From an uncultured Chloroflexia bacterium (lineage in GTDB: Bacteria > Chloroflexota > Anaerolineae > CG2-30-64-16), in assembly GCA_963810095.1 (NCBI GenBank), contig CAWEMM010000006.1, positions 608,001-672,000 of the forward strand: a stretch of 64,000 nucleotides of DNA, in the 5' to 3' direction. The notes under the pieces are model-generated. The model was not told where the DNA came from, did no database searches, and saw nothing but the letters and a program-made list of their open reading frames with translations. Positions 46,099 through 55,492 of this stretch are shown one piece after another (the stretch's first letter is position 1; every line of letters starts with the position of its first letter). A program made the position numbers and the translations under genes.

Positions 46099-46306
46099 TT
46101 AGAAGCTGAAGGGGCAGGGGGTGGGCTGAACGAAGTTCAGGTTGTTGTTGGCCTTGTCCAGCGCGTTCTTGAGCGCTTCCCGGTAGGAGCGGACAGCGCC
46201 GCTGACGACGGTCAGGCCGTTTGCGCCGAGCGACGCATTGGCTTCGGCCATCACCGCGTTGACGGTGGCGTAGCCCAGCGCATTGGCGCTGGTGGCGCCG
46301 GGCGCC
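46099..46306 (-). pseudogene. 3' remnant of a secreted-protein gene
   Basis: Coding-like frame APGATSANALGYATVNAVMAEANASLG...ALKNALDKANNNLNFVQPTPCPFSF* with no convincing start/RBS. Confidence 0.5.
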
Positions 46307-46397
46307 TGGTACGGCTATACCGAAACCGGCAGCCAGCAGCTCGGTTATAGGAGAAGACAAAGAAAAACGGGCGCTCCGGCGGCGAGAGCGCAGACGA

Positions 46398-46889
46398 CTA
46401 CTGGTAGTAGACGGCCGTTTGATCCGGGATGGCGGGGGCATCGACCGGTGTCGTGGTGTCCGTCAGCACGATGTTCGTGTAGCTGATGGACACGAGCGCG
46501 ATCCTCATGTTTTTGGTAGGGCAAGAGAAGCCGACCGGCATGGGCAGCGGGCCGGCCGTGAGGGAAGCGGTGATCTGCCCGTTCTTGCCAGAATCGAACG
46601 CGCCCGTTGCGTCCACCGGGCCGGCAATGGTCTCCTTGTTGCCGGCCTGCGGGTGGTTGCCGCCCTTGTTGATGCAGCCCCATACCGCAGTCGCGTCGGC
46701 AGTCAGTGTGTAGTCAATTCTCTGGTTAGCGCCCAGGCCGGCTTCCTTCCAATCTACGACGAGCGCGCCGTCCTTGTTGATGGAGCCGTTCGCGTAAATG
46801 AAGTGCGGGTTGGCCGCGAGCGCCACGGGCGCGGCCAGCAGCAGGATGATGAGGGTGAGGGAAAACACTCGGAGCTTTACGTTGGACAT
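46398..46889 (-). CDS. Secreted hypothetical protein (163 aa, two Cys)
   Basis: Signal peptide ending ALA-ANPHF; WKEAGLG, CINKGGNHP. Confidence 0.75.
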   Translation of the reverse strand: MSNVKLRVFSLTLIILLLAAPVALAANPHFIYANGSINKDGALVVDWKEAGLGANQRIDYTLTADATAVWGCINKGGNHPQAGNKETIAGPVDATGAFDSGKNGQITASLTAGPLPMPVGFSCPTKNMRIALVSISYTNIVLTDTTTPVDAPAIPDQTAVYYQ

Positions 46890-47285
46890 CCTTTCGAATG
46901 AGAGTGCCGTTGATGCACTTGTCGGGATGGACGGAGTTGGATGCCGTGCCTTAGCAGCCGCGATACAGGCGCCCCCGCTCCTGCTTCGCGTCCGCATGCA
47001 CCGTCGAAATATACCATAGAATATGGCGAAAAACCTTAATGATTTCTATGCGTTTTTACTAATTCTTTTGATACTGCACTTGTGCCGGTAAGCGGAGTTG
47101 GGGCAGGCGGCAAGAACGGCGGATTGGGCTGGGGCAGTCGGGGCGCCAGGGCCGGCGAAGGAGCGAGGTACAGGGAGACGCCCTAGGAGCAGGCCCGCCT
47201 CGATGCCGAGTGGGCGGCGCTCGTGTGCGCGAACCAGGAAGCCCGGAAGCAGAACGATCCGCCGCCCGAGAGCGAGTAGGGGGAT

Positions 47286-47327
47286 GAAACAAACCGGCCC
47301 AACGCTCCGAGAAGCGCCGGGCCGGTG
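47286..47327 (-). terminator. Terminator after HYR protein gene
   Basis: ACCGGCCC...GGGCCGGT TTGTTT on minus strand. Confidence 0.6.
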
Positions 47328-47372
47328 GGAGTCACGCGCTCGCCGGGGTGAGCCGGCGAGCGGGGAGGGTGG

Positions 47373-49640
47373 TTACTTCAGCTTGAAGTTCGCTGTCATG
47401 TACGATCCGTCCGTAAGGCTGACGGTCACGTTATAACAGCCGAGGACCTTCGGCGTTTGCCAGTTGTAGATGAACTGGTCGCCAGTTGTGTCGAAGCGCA
47501 AACTGGTCCCGCCAGTGGCGGTCAGTTCGATGGTATCTTCGACAACACCCGTCGCACACGCGACCTTCACTGCTTTCAGCGGCTGCTGGACGAAGCTAAC
47601 CAGCTTGATCTCGCCAGTAGCGCCAAACACTTCGAACTTTAGCGGAACCGTCGATCCGTTCTTCACAGTGTTCAGAACACCTCCCATATCGACAGGTTGA
47701 TAGAACCCGCTGAAGAAGGAGGTGACAGTCACGTTGAAGCTTTTGCTGGCCTTGTTGCCGTGGGCATCGGTTGCGGTGCAGGTGACCGGAGTCGTGCCAA
47801 TCACGAAGGTTGATCCCGAGGCCGGACTGCAGGCAGGAGTGACGATGCCGTCAACGAGATCGGTCGCTGAGGCAGAATACGTGACGACTGCTCCGCTCTT
47901 ACTCGTCGCTTGCGTCGTAATGTCCGCCGGGACCGTCAGTTCAGGCGCTGTCGTATCCCGCACGACCACGTTGAAAGTCTGGGTCTCGCTCGTGTTCCCG
48001 GTGAAGTCGCTGGCGCTGCAGCTAACTTCCGTTGTCCCCAGCGGGAAGCCAGTTCCCGAGTCCTGGCTGCAGGTAATGGTCGGCGCCGAGTCCACAGCGT
48101 CCGTGGCCGACACCAGGTACTCAACTACCGCCCCTGCTGCACTTGTCGCCTCTGCCACCACATCTACCGCTGGGACCGTCAGTACAGGCGCTGTCGTATC
48201 CCGCACGACCACGTTGAAAGTCTGGGTCTCGCTCGTGTTCCCGGTGAAGTCGCTGGCGCTGCAGCTAACTTCCGTTGTCCCCAGCGGGAAGCCAGTTCCC
48301 GAGTCCTGGCTGCAGGTAATGGTCGGCGCCGAGTCCACAGCGTCCGTGGCCGACACCAGGTACTCAACTACTGCCCCTGCTGCACTTGTCGCCTCTGCCA
48401 CCACATCTACCGCCGGGACCGTCAGTTCAGGCGCTGTCGTATCCCGCACGACCACGTTGAAAGTCTGGGTCTCGCTCGTGTTCCCGGTGAAGTCGCTGGC
48501 GCTGCAGCTAACTTCCGTTGTCCCCAGCGGGAAGCCAGTTCCCGAGTCCTGGCTGCAGGTAATGGTCGGCGCCGAGTCCACAGCGTCCGTGGCCGACACC
48601 AGGTACTCAACTACCGCCCCTGCTGCACTTGTCGCCTCTGCCACCACATCTACCGCTGGGACCGTCAGTACAGGCGCTGTCGTATCCCGCACGACCACGT
48701 TGAAAGTCTGGGTCTCGCTCGTGTTCCCGGTGAAGTCGCTGGCGCTGCAGCTAACTTCCGTTGTCCCCAGCGGGAAGCCAGTTCCCGAGTCCTGGCTGCA
48801 GGTAATGGTCGGCGCCGAGTCCACAGCGTCCGTGGCCGACACCAGGTACTCAACTACCGCCCCTGCTGCACTTGTCGCCTCTGCCACCACATCTGCCGCC
48901 GGGACCGTCAGTTCAGGCGCTGTGATGTCAACGATGCCGTAGGTGACCGAAGCGGAGGCAGTTAGACCGCCGCCGTCTGTGTAGGAGCAGGAAGCGGTCT
49001 GCTCACCCAGGCCGTAGGCGGCCAGCAGGCCGGTGACGGCGGTGAGCGTTGCGGCAAAGCTGGAATTGCCATCCTCGGCATCCGTCACCTCGCACGTCGC
49101 ATCCGGCACGCTGCCGAACTCGTACGAGGCTCCTGGGGTGACGCCTTTGACCGATATTCCAGGCGCCGTGTTGGGTGGAGGGACCACGTTGACTGTAAAT
49201 GTCGCCCCGTCGTAGCTGAAGCTCCCTTCCGCGGTGTCTGCCTTCCAGCTCACGCTGACGGTTGTCGATCCAGTCTTCAAGGGCGTCACCGTCAATGTCG
49301 TGGGTACGCCGCAGGCGTCAAAAGTGATTTCGAGTGGGCTAACAGTCGCAACCGTGCTATCACTGCTAGCGATGGTAACCGTTAGGGTCTTTCTTGGAGT
49401 CGAAGCGCTGAGATTGCACTCTTTCTTCGCGTCGTAGACTAGTCCAGACTCTTTCCACGTCGGGAGAACAGTCAGTGACGTCTCAGCGGCTGTGCCGGGA
49501 AAAGTCAAAGGCATAACTTCTGCCACGACGTCTACACTGTTATCCAGGCCGTTGTAGACATCATCAGCAAACGCGGCCCACGGCACGGCCAGGGCCAAAA
49601 TCACGACGAGCGTCGCGATCCAAATAAACTTCTTGCTCAT
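47373..49640 (-). CDS. Secreted HYR-repeat protein with C-terminal PxKF domain
   Basis: Signal peptide; DTTAP.LTVP...SATDAVD...FPLGTT.V.CSA.D..GN HYR units; FSGFYQPVD...GSTVPLKF...FIYNWQTPK. Confidence 0.9.
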   Translation of the reverse strand: MSKKFIWIATLVVILALAVPWAAFADDVYNGLDNSVDVVAEVMPLTFPGTAAETSLTVLPTWKESGLVYDAKKECNLSASTPRKTLTVTIASSDSTVATVSPLEITFDACGVPTTLTVTPLKTGSTTVSVSWKADTAEGSFSYDGATFTVNVVPPPNTAPGISVKGVTPGASYEFGSVPDATCEVTDAEDGNSSFAATLTAVTGLLAAYGLGEQTASCSYTDGGGLTASASVTYGIVDITAPELTVPAADVVAEATSAAGAVVEYLVSATDAVDSAPTITCSQDSGTGFPLGTTEVSCSASDFTGNTSETQTFNVVVRDTTAPVLTVPAVDVVAEATSAAGAVVEYLVSATDAVDSAPTITCSQDSGTGFPLGTTEVSCSASDFTGNTSETQTFNVVVRDTTAPELTVPAVDVVAEATSAAGAVVEYLVSATDAVDSAPTITCSQDSGTGFPLGTTEVSCSASDFTGNTSETQTFNVVVRDTTAPVLTVPAVDVVAEATSAAGAVVEYLVSATDAVDSAPTITCSQDSGTGFPLGTTEVSCSASDFTGNTSETQTFNVVVRDTTAPELTVPADITTQATSKSGAVVTYSASATDLVDGIVTPACSPASGSTFVIGTTPVTCTATDAHGNKASKSFNVTVTSFFSGFYQPVDMGGVLNTVKNGSTVPLKFEVFGATGEIKLVSFVQQPLKAVKVACATGVVEDTIELTATGGTSLRFDTTGDQFIYNWQTPKVLGCYNVTVSLTDGSYMTANFKLK
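47924..48923. repeat. Four near-identical 243-bp tandem repeats (HYR domains)
   Basis: Unit starts at 47924, 48167, 48410, 48653 and partial at 48896. Confidence 0.95.
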
Positions 49641-49862
49641 GATTGTTCTTCCTCTCGTGTGGTCTACATAGGTGGTAGTTACATCTATCACAGGGGCGTT
49701 ACGGCACACATTGCGCTCTGCCGCTTGTCTCCGGCTCCAGGTGCGTGGACCGGCGACTTTCTTCTCTAACCTCCGTCATTGGATGTCAAGCCGGCGCAGG
49801 GGCTCGCCGGACGCGTACAAGCGATGAAGATAATCCCGCCGTGTAAAGTAAATCACGAGGCG

Positions 49863-49910
49863 ACTTGGGGAGTCCTTAACGAAAACTCAACAGAACTTGG
49901 AAATTCCTTA
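49863..49910. promoter_or_regulatory. 16-bp direct repeat, candidate response-regulator site
   Basis: ACTTGGGGAGTCCTTA / ACTTGGAAATTCCTTA, 32-bp period, upstream of the HYR gene. Confidence 0.4.
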
Positions 49911-49955
49911 GAGTCGCTTAGCGAGGAGGAGTGACAATATACTGAGGAATTCCAC

Positions 49956-51020
49956 CTACGCTGATGCGAGGAGTTGTGTTTGCAAGGGCATTCGCACAGT
50001 GAAACATGCGCCGGCGCCCGGACAGCGCTCGACGCTGATCGTGCCGCCGTGCGCAGCCACGAGCGTGCGGGCGATGGGGAGGCCCAGGCCGAGACCTTGC
50101 GGATAACGGCGCTCGGGCGGGGTACGGTAGAACGGCTCGAAAATGCGCTCCTGCTCGCCTTCCGGGATGCCGGGCCCCGTGTCGGCCACCCGGAACTGCC
50201 ATCCAGCCTCGTCCGTGGAAACCGCCACCCGCACCTCGCCGGGGGCCGGCGTGTACTTGACCGCGTTGCTCAGGAGGTTGCCAAGCGCCTGGCCGAGCCG
50301 GCCCGGGTCGATTTCGACGGCCGGCAGGTCCGGGGGGATCTCGGCGGCCCAGCGCAGCCCTGCGGCGAGCGCCGCCTCGCGCCACGGCGCCAGCAGCTGC
50401 CCCAGCCACTCGGACAGGAGCACCGGCTCCAGCCGCAAGGGCGCCTGCCCAGCGGCCATGTCGCGCAGGCCCGCCAGCTCGTCGAGCAGCCGTTCCATGC
50501 GGCTGATCTCGCCGTCGATCCCCCGCAGCAGCTCGTCGCGCAGCTCCGGCTCGTCGCCCGCGCCGTCCAACAGCGCGCGGCCGGCCGCGGCCAGCGCGCC
50601 CAGGGGCCGGCCCAGCTCGTGGACGATGTTCGACAGCAGGTAGCGCCGGTTGTCCTCCAGCTGGTGGATGCGGTCGAGCATCTCGCGGAACGCGCGCGCC
50701 AGCACACGCACCTCTTCCGGCCCCGTCTCGCTCTGAATCTCGGCGGGCGCGGCGGGATGCGCCCCGTAGGATTCCACCGCCCGGGTCAGGTGCTCCAGGG
50801 GGCGCTCGACCGTGACGGCCAGGATCAGGCCGAGGGCCGCGCCCAGGAGCATCCCGGCGGCCAGCACCGCGCCGATCAGGCCGGCGTCCTGCCCGATGGA
50901 GCCGCCCAGCACAACCGTCAGCGCGAGGCCGAGCAGGGGCACGAGGACGAAGACCAGCGCGACGTGGCTGAGGATCAACCGGACCCGCAGCGTGCGCGCC
51001 CACGGCATGTGGCGCATCAC
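49956..51020 (-). CDS. HAMP sensor histidine kinase
   Basis: Two TMs, HAMP, SNIVHELGRPL, NLLSNAVKYT, DTGPGI, GLGLGL. Confidence 0.93.
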   Translation of the reverse strand: MMRHMPWARTLRVRLILSHVALVFVLVPLLGLALTVVLGGSIGQDAGLIGAVLAAGMLLGAALGLILAVTVERPLEHLTRAVESYGAHPAAPAEIQSETGPEEVRVLARAFREMLDRIHQLEDNRRYLLSNIVHELGRPLGALAAAGRALLDGAGDEPELRDELLRGIDGEISRMERLLDELAGLRDMAAGQAPLRLEPVLLSEWLGQLLAPWREAALAAGLRWAAEIPPDLPAVEIDPGRLGQALGNLLSNAVKYTPAPGEVRVAVSTDEAGWQFRVADTGPGIPEGEQERIFEPFYRTPPERRYPQGLGLGLPIARTLVAAHGGTISVERCPGAGACFTVRMPLQTQLLASA

Positions 51021-51721
51021 GGGTCTCCCACGGTCAGCTTGTAGCCCACCCGGTGCACCGTCTCGATGTGGACGTTACAGGCGGTGATGCGTGCCAGACG
51101 TTCGCGCAGCCAGCGGATATGCACATAGAGCACCTGGGGCTCGCCGCTGTAGTCGGGCCCCCACAGCCTGGAGAGGATATCGGACAGCGGCACGACCAAG
51201 TTTGGCCGAGCGGCGAGCAGGTAGAGGAGATCGAACGCCCGGGGCGTGAGGTCGAGCGTGTCGGCGCCCACCCGGGCGGTCCGGGTCTGCGGATCGATCT
51301 CGAGCGCGCCGACGCACAGGGTGATCGACTGGGGGCCGGCCGCCCCGCGAGCGATGGGGTGCGAACGGCGCAAGACCGCATCGATGCGCGCAAGGAGCAC
51401 GTCGGTGTCGTAGGGTTTCTTGACGTAGTCGTCGGCCCCCAGCCGCAGGCCGAGGGTCTCGTCCTGCTCGGTGCGCCGGGCGGTCAGCAGGATGACCGGG
51501 ATGCGCTGGTTCTGCCTGAGGAGATGGAGTGCATCGAGGCCGTCGATGCCGGGCAGGCCGATGTCGAGCAGCACGAGATCGGGCTCGTGCTGCCGCGCAA
51601 GCTCCAGCCCTTCCGGCGCGGCGGCCGCCGAGCGGACGCTGTAGCCCGCACGCTGGAGGGTGTAGGAGAGGCTGCGCCGCAGAAGCGCATCGTCGTCGAT
51701 GAGAAGAATGGATTGGGACAC
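51017..51721 (-). CDS. OmpR-family response regulator
   Basis: ILLIDDD, LLDIGLP, GADDYVKKP, winged-helix VHIRWLR...ETVHRVGY. Confidence 0.95.
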   Translation of the reverse strand: MSQSILLIDDDALLRRSLSYTLQRAGYSVRSAAAAPEGLELARQHEPDLVLLDIGLPGIDGLDALHLLRQNQRIPVILLTARRTEQDETLGLRLGADDYVKKPYDTDVLLARIDAVLRRSHPIARGAAGPQSITLCVGALEIDPQTRTARVGADTLDLTPRAFDLLYLLAARPNLVVPLSDILSRLWGPDYSGEPQVLYVHIRWLRERLARITACNVHIETVHRVGYKLTVGDP

Positions 51722-51792
51722 GGCAAAACGATTTTAGCACATAGAGGCGGGGATACGAAGCGCCACGACGGCTGCAGCAGCAATGCCAAACC

Positions 51793-51812
51793 TGGAACCT
51801 ATTGGAACCTAT
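51793..51812. promoter_or_regulatory. Perfect 10-bp tandem repeat upstream of the response regulator
   Basis: TGGAACCTAT TGGAACCTAT. Confidence 0.45.
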
Positions 51813-51833
51813 CCGAAAATGCTCTGGCCGGGC

Positions 51834-51953
51834 GTGTAAGGGCGAGGCATCCGGGGGATGCCTCGCCCTTACACTTCGCGCCCTTCGCGCTTTGCGCTCT
51901 TCGCCCCGCTTCGCGCCTTCGCGTTCCAAACGCGCTTCGCGCCCCTTCGCGCC
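51834..51953. repeat. REP-like hairpin followed by a CTTCGCG reiteration tract
   Basis: GTGTAAGGGCGAGGCATCC-GGG-GGATGCCTCGCCCTTACAC (19-bp stem, related to 9763), then ~8 CTTCGCG-like units. Confidence 0.8.
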
Positions 51954-51964
51954 TGCTCAATGCG

Positions 51965-53727
51965 CTACCATGTCCAGGCCGGGTCGACGTCGTTTCCCGG
52001 ATCGTTCGTCAGTGCGCGCTCGTTACCGTTGGCGTCGGTCACGTAGATGTCCCAGTTGCCCGCCCGGTTGGACTCAAAAGCGATTAGTCCGCCGCCCGGC
52101 TGCCAGACCGGGCTCTTCGCCGGGTTCGCCGGGCCGCCCACCTTGCGGGCATTCCCCCCATTGGCCCCCTGCCCGCTTGCGCCGGCCACGTAGAGGTTCC
52201 ATGCCGCGCCGTCCGCGCCGATGAAAGCGATCTGGGACCCGTCGGACGAGAAGGCGGGCGCCTGGCTCCACTTGCCGGCCGGCGAGACGACCCGCGGTTC
52301 CTCGCCATTGGGTCCGGCCACGTAGACGCCCGCGATCCCCGCCCGGTCCGAAACGTATGTAAGCCGGTCGCCCTGGCCCCAGCCCGCATTCCACGAGCGA
52401 GCCGGCGCAACCTCGGTGGCTTTCGTGCTGCCCACGTCGACCACGCTGATCGCGCGGGATCGACGTTCGGGTCGATGACCACCCGCCGGCCGTCGGGCGA
52501 GAACTGGAACTGGAACGAACGGTCGAGCTGGAACAGCCGCCGGTCGCCCACATAGAGCGCGTAGCGGCCGCTCTCGGTGCGCAGCGTCGCCAACTGCCCG
52601 TTCGCCAGCGGCCGTGCGCTGATTACGGACGGGTCTTGCAGCACCTGCTCCTCGCGGCCCGTCGTCACATCCAGGCGGTACACGCTCGCCCCGCCGCCGC
52701 GATTGCCCACGTAATAGAGGTAGCGGTCGTCGAGAGACCAGGCCGGCCCGGTGTTTTGCCCGTCGCGCGTCACCGGGATCTGGTTGGCCCCGGCCGCATC
52801 CATGATCCAGATTTGCGGGCTGCCGCTGCGGTCTGACACGAACGCAATGGCCCGGCCGCCGGCGATGGCGCCGGGAATGCCCGCGCCCGACGAGCCACCC
52901 GTGCCCGGCGTCAGCGCGGGGGCAGGGGTCACGCTCGGCGCCGGCAGCGTCGCGGTGGGTGGCACGGGCGAAGAGGTGGCCGTGGCGGCCGGAGCCGTGG
53001 GCGGAACCTCGGTCGCGGTGGCCGGGGGCACGGTCGGAACGGCCGTGGCCGCGCTCGTCGCCGTGGGTGCAGGTGCGAGGGTCGGCAGCACCACGGTTGC
53101 CAGCGCACCGCCCGCCGCTCCGCCGCCCGTCGTCGCCGTGACTTCCGGCACGCCCGCCGTCCACGTCGGCGCGGTGGTCGGCGTATAACGCGCTCGGGCC
53201 GTGGCCTGCGCGGCCGATACCCCGGGCGGCAGCGTCGGAATGATCACGTTCACCGGGGTCTGGGTGCCGGGGGGCGACCATTCGGCCTGGCCCCGCATGC
53301 CCAGCACCGACTTGAGCGGCCCAAAGGCCAGCAGCAGCAAGCTGACCAGGATCCCAACCGCCGCGATGATCAAGGTCATGCGGCGCTTCCGGATCACTGA
53401 GGGCGGCGTTTCCGGCCGCTCGTACACCCGGACGCCGGGCGCCTGCGCCGGGTCCGCAGGGGGCACGGGCTGGGACGCGGCGGGCCGGTAAACTACGCCC
53501 CCGGGTCCTCCCGCTGCGCTCTCCGCAGCAGTCACCGCACCGGCTGCTGCCGCCGGGGCCTCCCACCCTTGGGCCTCTGCCGGCGCGTCGACCGGCGTAT
53601 TTGCGTCGGGCGCCAGCTCGGGCAGGGGGCTGCCGCACACGTGGCAATAGGCCGCGTAGCGGCTGACCCGGGGCGTGCCACAGACAGGGCACTTCATCAG
53701 TTCGTCGTTCAACATGTCGTCGCGCAT
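51965..53727 (-). CDS. Zn-ribbon/TM/Pro-Thr-rich linker/TolB-like PD40 beta-propeller protein; frameshift near 52455
   Basis: CPVCG..CHVCG, one TM, PTAT-rich linker, IAFVSDRSG, PAWS.D, IAFESNRAGNWDIY, DPAW. Confidence 0.85.
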
Positions 53728-53766
53728 GCGCCTGCTCTCGATAAAGAAAGATTGAGTACCGTTAAC

Positions 53767-53826
53767 AGACGACACAACTCGGAGAGACGTTGCATGTGCC
53801 AGGAGTTGCATGTGCGAGGAGTTGTC
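53767..53826 (-). promoter_or_regulatory. ECF-like promoter with tandemly repeated -35 region
   Basis: TGCAAC-N17-CGTCT; 16-bp tandem GTTGCATGTGC(C/G)AGGA x2 plus partial. Confidence 0.5.
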
Positions 53827-53961
53827 CGTACCGGAGGATGAGGGCGGAGAGGATTGGGTGCCGTAGAGGGCCGGTCTTTGCTGGGGCCGGTCTCTGACCG
53901 TGCCCCCGTTGGTCGGGCGCCGATGGCTGCGCTGGCTGCGGCTGCGGCTGCGTCCGTGATG

Positions 53962-54774
53962 CTACATTTCGTTCGCGCGCAGCCACAGATACATCAGAAC
54001 ACCCCCTGCCACGCCCACGTTCAACGACTCCGCCTTGCCGCGCATGGGCAGGCTGACCCAGCGGCGGATGTGCGGGGTGACGTCGGGCGACAGGCCGCGC
54101 GCTTCGTTCCCCAGGATCAGCGCGCACCCACCCCGCAGTGCAGTTGTGCCCCAGGGGTCGCTCTGCAGCGACGCGGCGTGCTCGCTCGCGCCGACGGGGA
54201 CGATCCCCTTGCCGTCGAGGTAGCGCAGCGCCGCTCCCGCGTCGGCCGCGGAGGCGATGGGCAGGTTGAACAGCGAGCCCATGCTGGCCCGGATCGCCTT
54301 GGGGTCAAAGAGGTCGACCGCGGGCTCGAGGATGACGACGCCCGTTGCGCCCACCGCGTCGGCCGTGCGGATCAGCCCGCCGAGGTTGCCCGGGTCTTGC
54401 GGCCGGTCGAGCACGAGGACGAGTTTCGCGCCGTGCAGCGCGAAGGCTGGGAGGGGCGTGGTGAACAGGGGGAAGGACGCGACGATCCCCTGGGGTCCCT
54501 CGCGCTCCGAGAGCGCCGCCATCACCTGGGGCGTCACCTCGAAGAGCTCGACCGGGGTGCTGCGGTCGAACCGCTCGATCAACAGGGGGCCCTGCGGACC
54601 CGTAAAGTTGGGGGGGCAGTAGAAGACCTGGGCGGGCGCGCGGCCGCTGTCCAGCGCCATCGTCAGCAGCTGCAGGCCCTCGACGAGAAAGCGGCCCTGG
54701 TCCTCGCGATGCTTCCGCTGCCGCAGCTTGCGGGCTTCGACAACGTGGCGGTTGGCGGTGGAAGTGATGATCAT
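53962..54774 (-). CDS. TrmH/SpoU family RNA methyltransferase
   Basis: ITSTAN, FLVEG, QDPGNLG.LIRTADA, RASMGS, GNEARGL, ESLNV. Confidence 0.93.
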   Translation of the reverse strand: MIITSTANRHVVEARKLRQRKHREDQGRFLVEGLQLLTMALDSGRAPAQVFYCPPNFTGPQGPLLIERFDRSTPVELFEVTPQVMAALSEREGPQGIVASFPLFTTPLPAFALHGAKLVLVLDRPQDPGNLGGLIRTADAVGATGVVILEPAVDLFDPKAIRASMGSLFNLPIASAADAGAALRYLDGKGIVPVGASEHAASLQSDPWGTTALRGGCALILGNEARGLSPDVTPHIRRWVSLPMRGKAESLNVGVAGGVLMYLWLRANEM

Positions 54775-54805
54775 GGGCAGCAGGCCGGAAAAGCCGGCTT
54801 CTGAG

Positions 54806-55383
54806 CTACGTCCCAAACGACGACAGCGCCCGGCGCAGCCGCTCTTCGACGTCCGTGACGTCTCGGGGCAGCGCCTGCACGGCCCGCTGGGCCTCCACGA
54901 TGCTGTAGCCCAGCGCGGTCGAGCGCGTCGATCACCGCCGCATCCGCCTCGGTCAGCGCGGCAAGCCCCTCGCTGACCTCCACCTCCCCCATCTTGTCCT
55001 TCAGCTCGAGCACGATCTTGCCCGCCGTGCGCTTGCCGATGCCGGGCACCCGCGGCGAGCATGTCCGCGTGCTCCTGGCCAATGGCCATGCGGAGCGCGT
55101 CGGGGGCCATGTTGCTGAGCACGCTCAGCGCGAGCTTGGGGCCCACCCCCGAGACGGTGATGAGCTTGTGGAACAGATCGAGCTCGTCTTCGGTGGCAAA
55201 GCCGATCAACGAGAGATCGTCCTCACGCACCACCAGGTGGGTGTGGAGCAGGACGAGCTCGCCCACCCGGCTTGCCTTCAGCAGCGGCTGTGGGACGAGG
55301 ACGCGCAGGCCCACGCCACCGACCATGACGATCAGCGCGTCGTTCAGCCTCGCGAAGATGGAGCCCTGTACAATCGAGATCAT
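54806..55383 (-). CDS. ruvA: Holliday junction branch migration protein RuvA (frameshifted)
   Basis: MIS.VQG, VGGVG, VVREDDLSLIGF, VSGVGPKLAL, VPGIGKRTA.KIVLELK. Confidence 0.9.
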
Positions 55384-55405
55384 CGGATTTCCAAAGATTC
55401 AACGG

Positions 55406-55492
55406 CACGCTGGTTTGACTGACTGGACTGATCTTCATGATCCTTGCAGGAGAAGACGAGCGAAGATCAGTCCATCCAGTTCAATCTGCGTC
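55406..55492. repeat. Palindromic element (family D) between ruvC and ruvA
   Basis: TTGACTGACTGGACTGATCTTC...GAAGATCAGTCCATCCAGTTCAA. Confidence 0.7.

Noticed and set aside
46890-47000. c-di-GMP-II-like riboswitch upstream of the secreted protein gene
   Set aside because: Only a partial resemblance (GCGAAG...GGGCGCC); the pseudoknot and conserved 3' motif were not found
53962-55383. RuvA-TrmH fusion suggested by the 473-aa ORF
   Set aside because: The middle of the ORF is out-of-frame ruvA sequence; ruvA has its own stop at 54806 and trmH its own ATG at 54774
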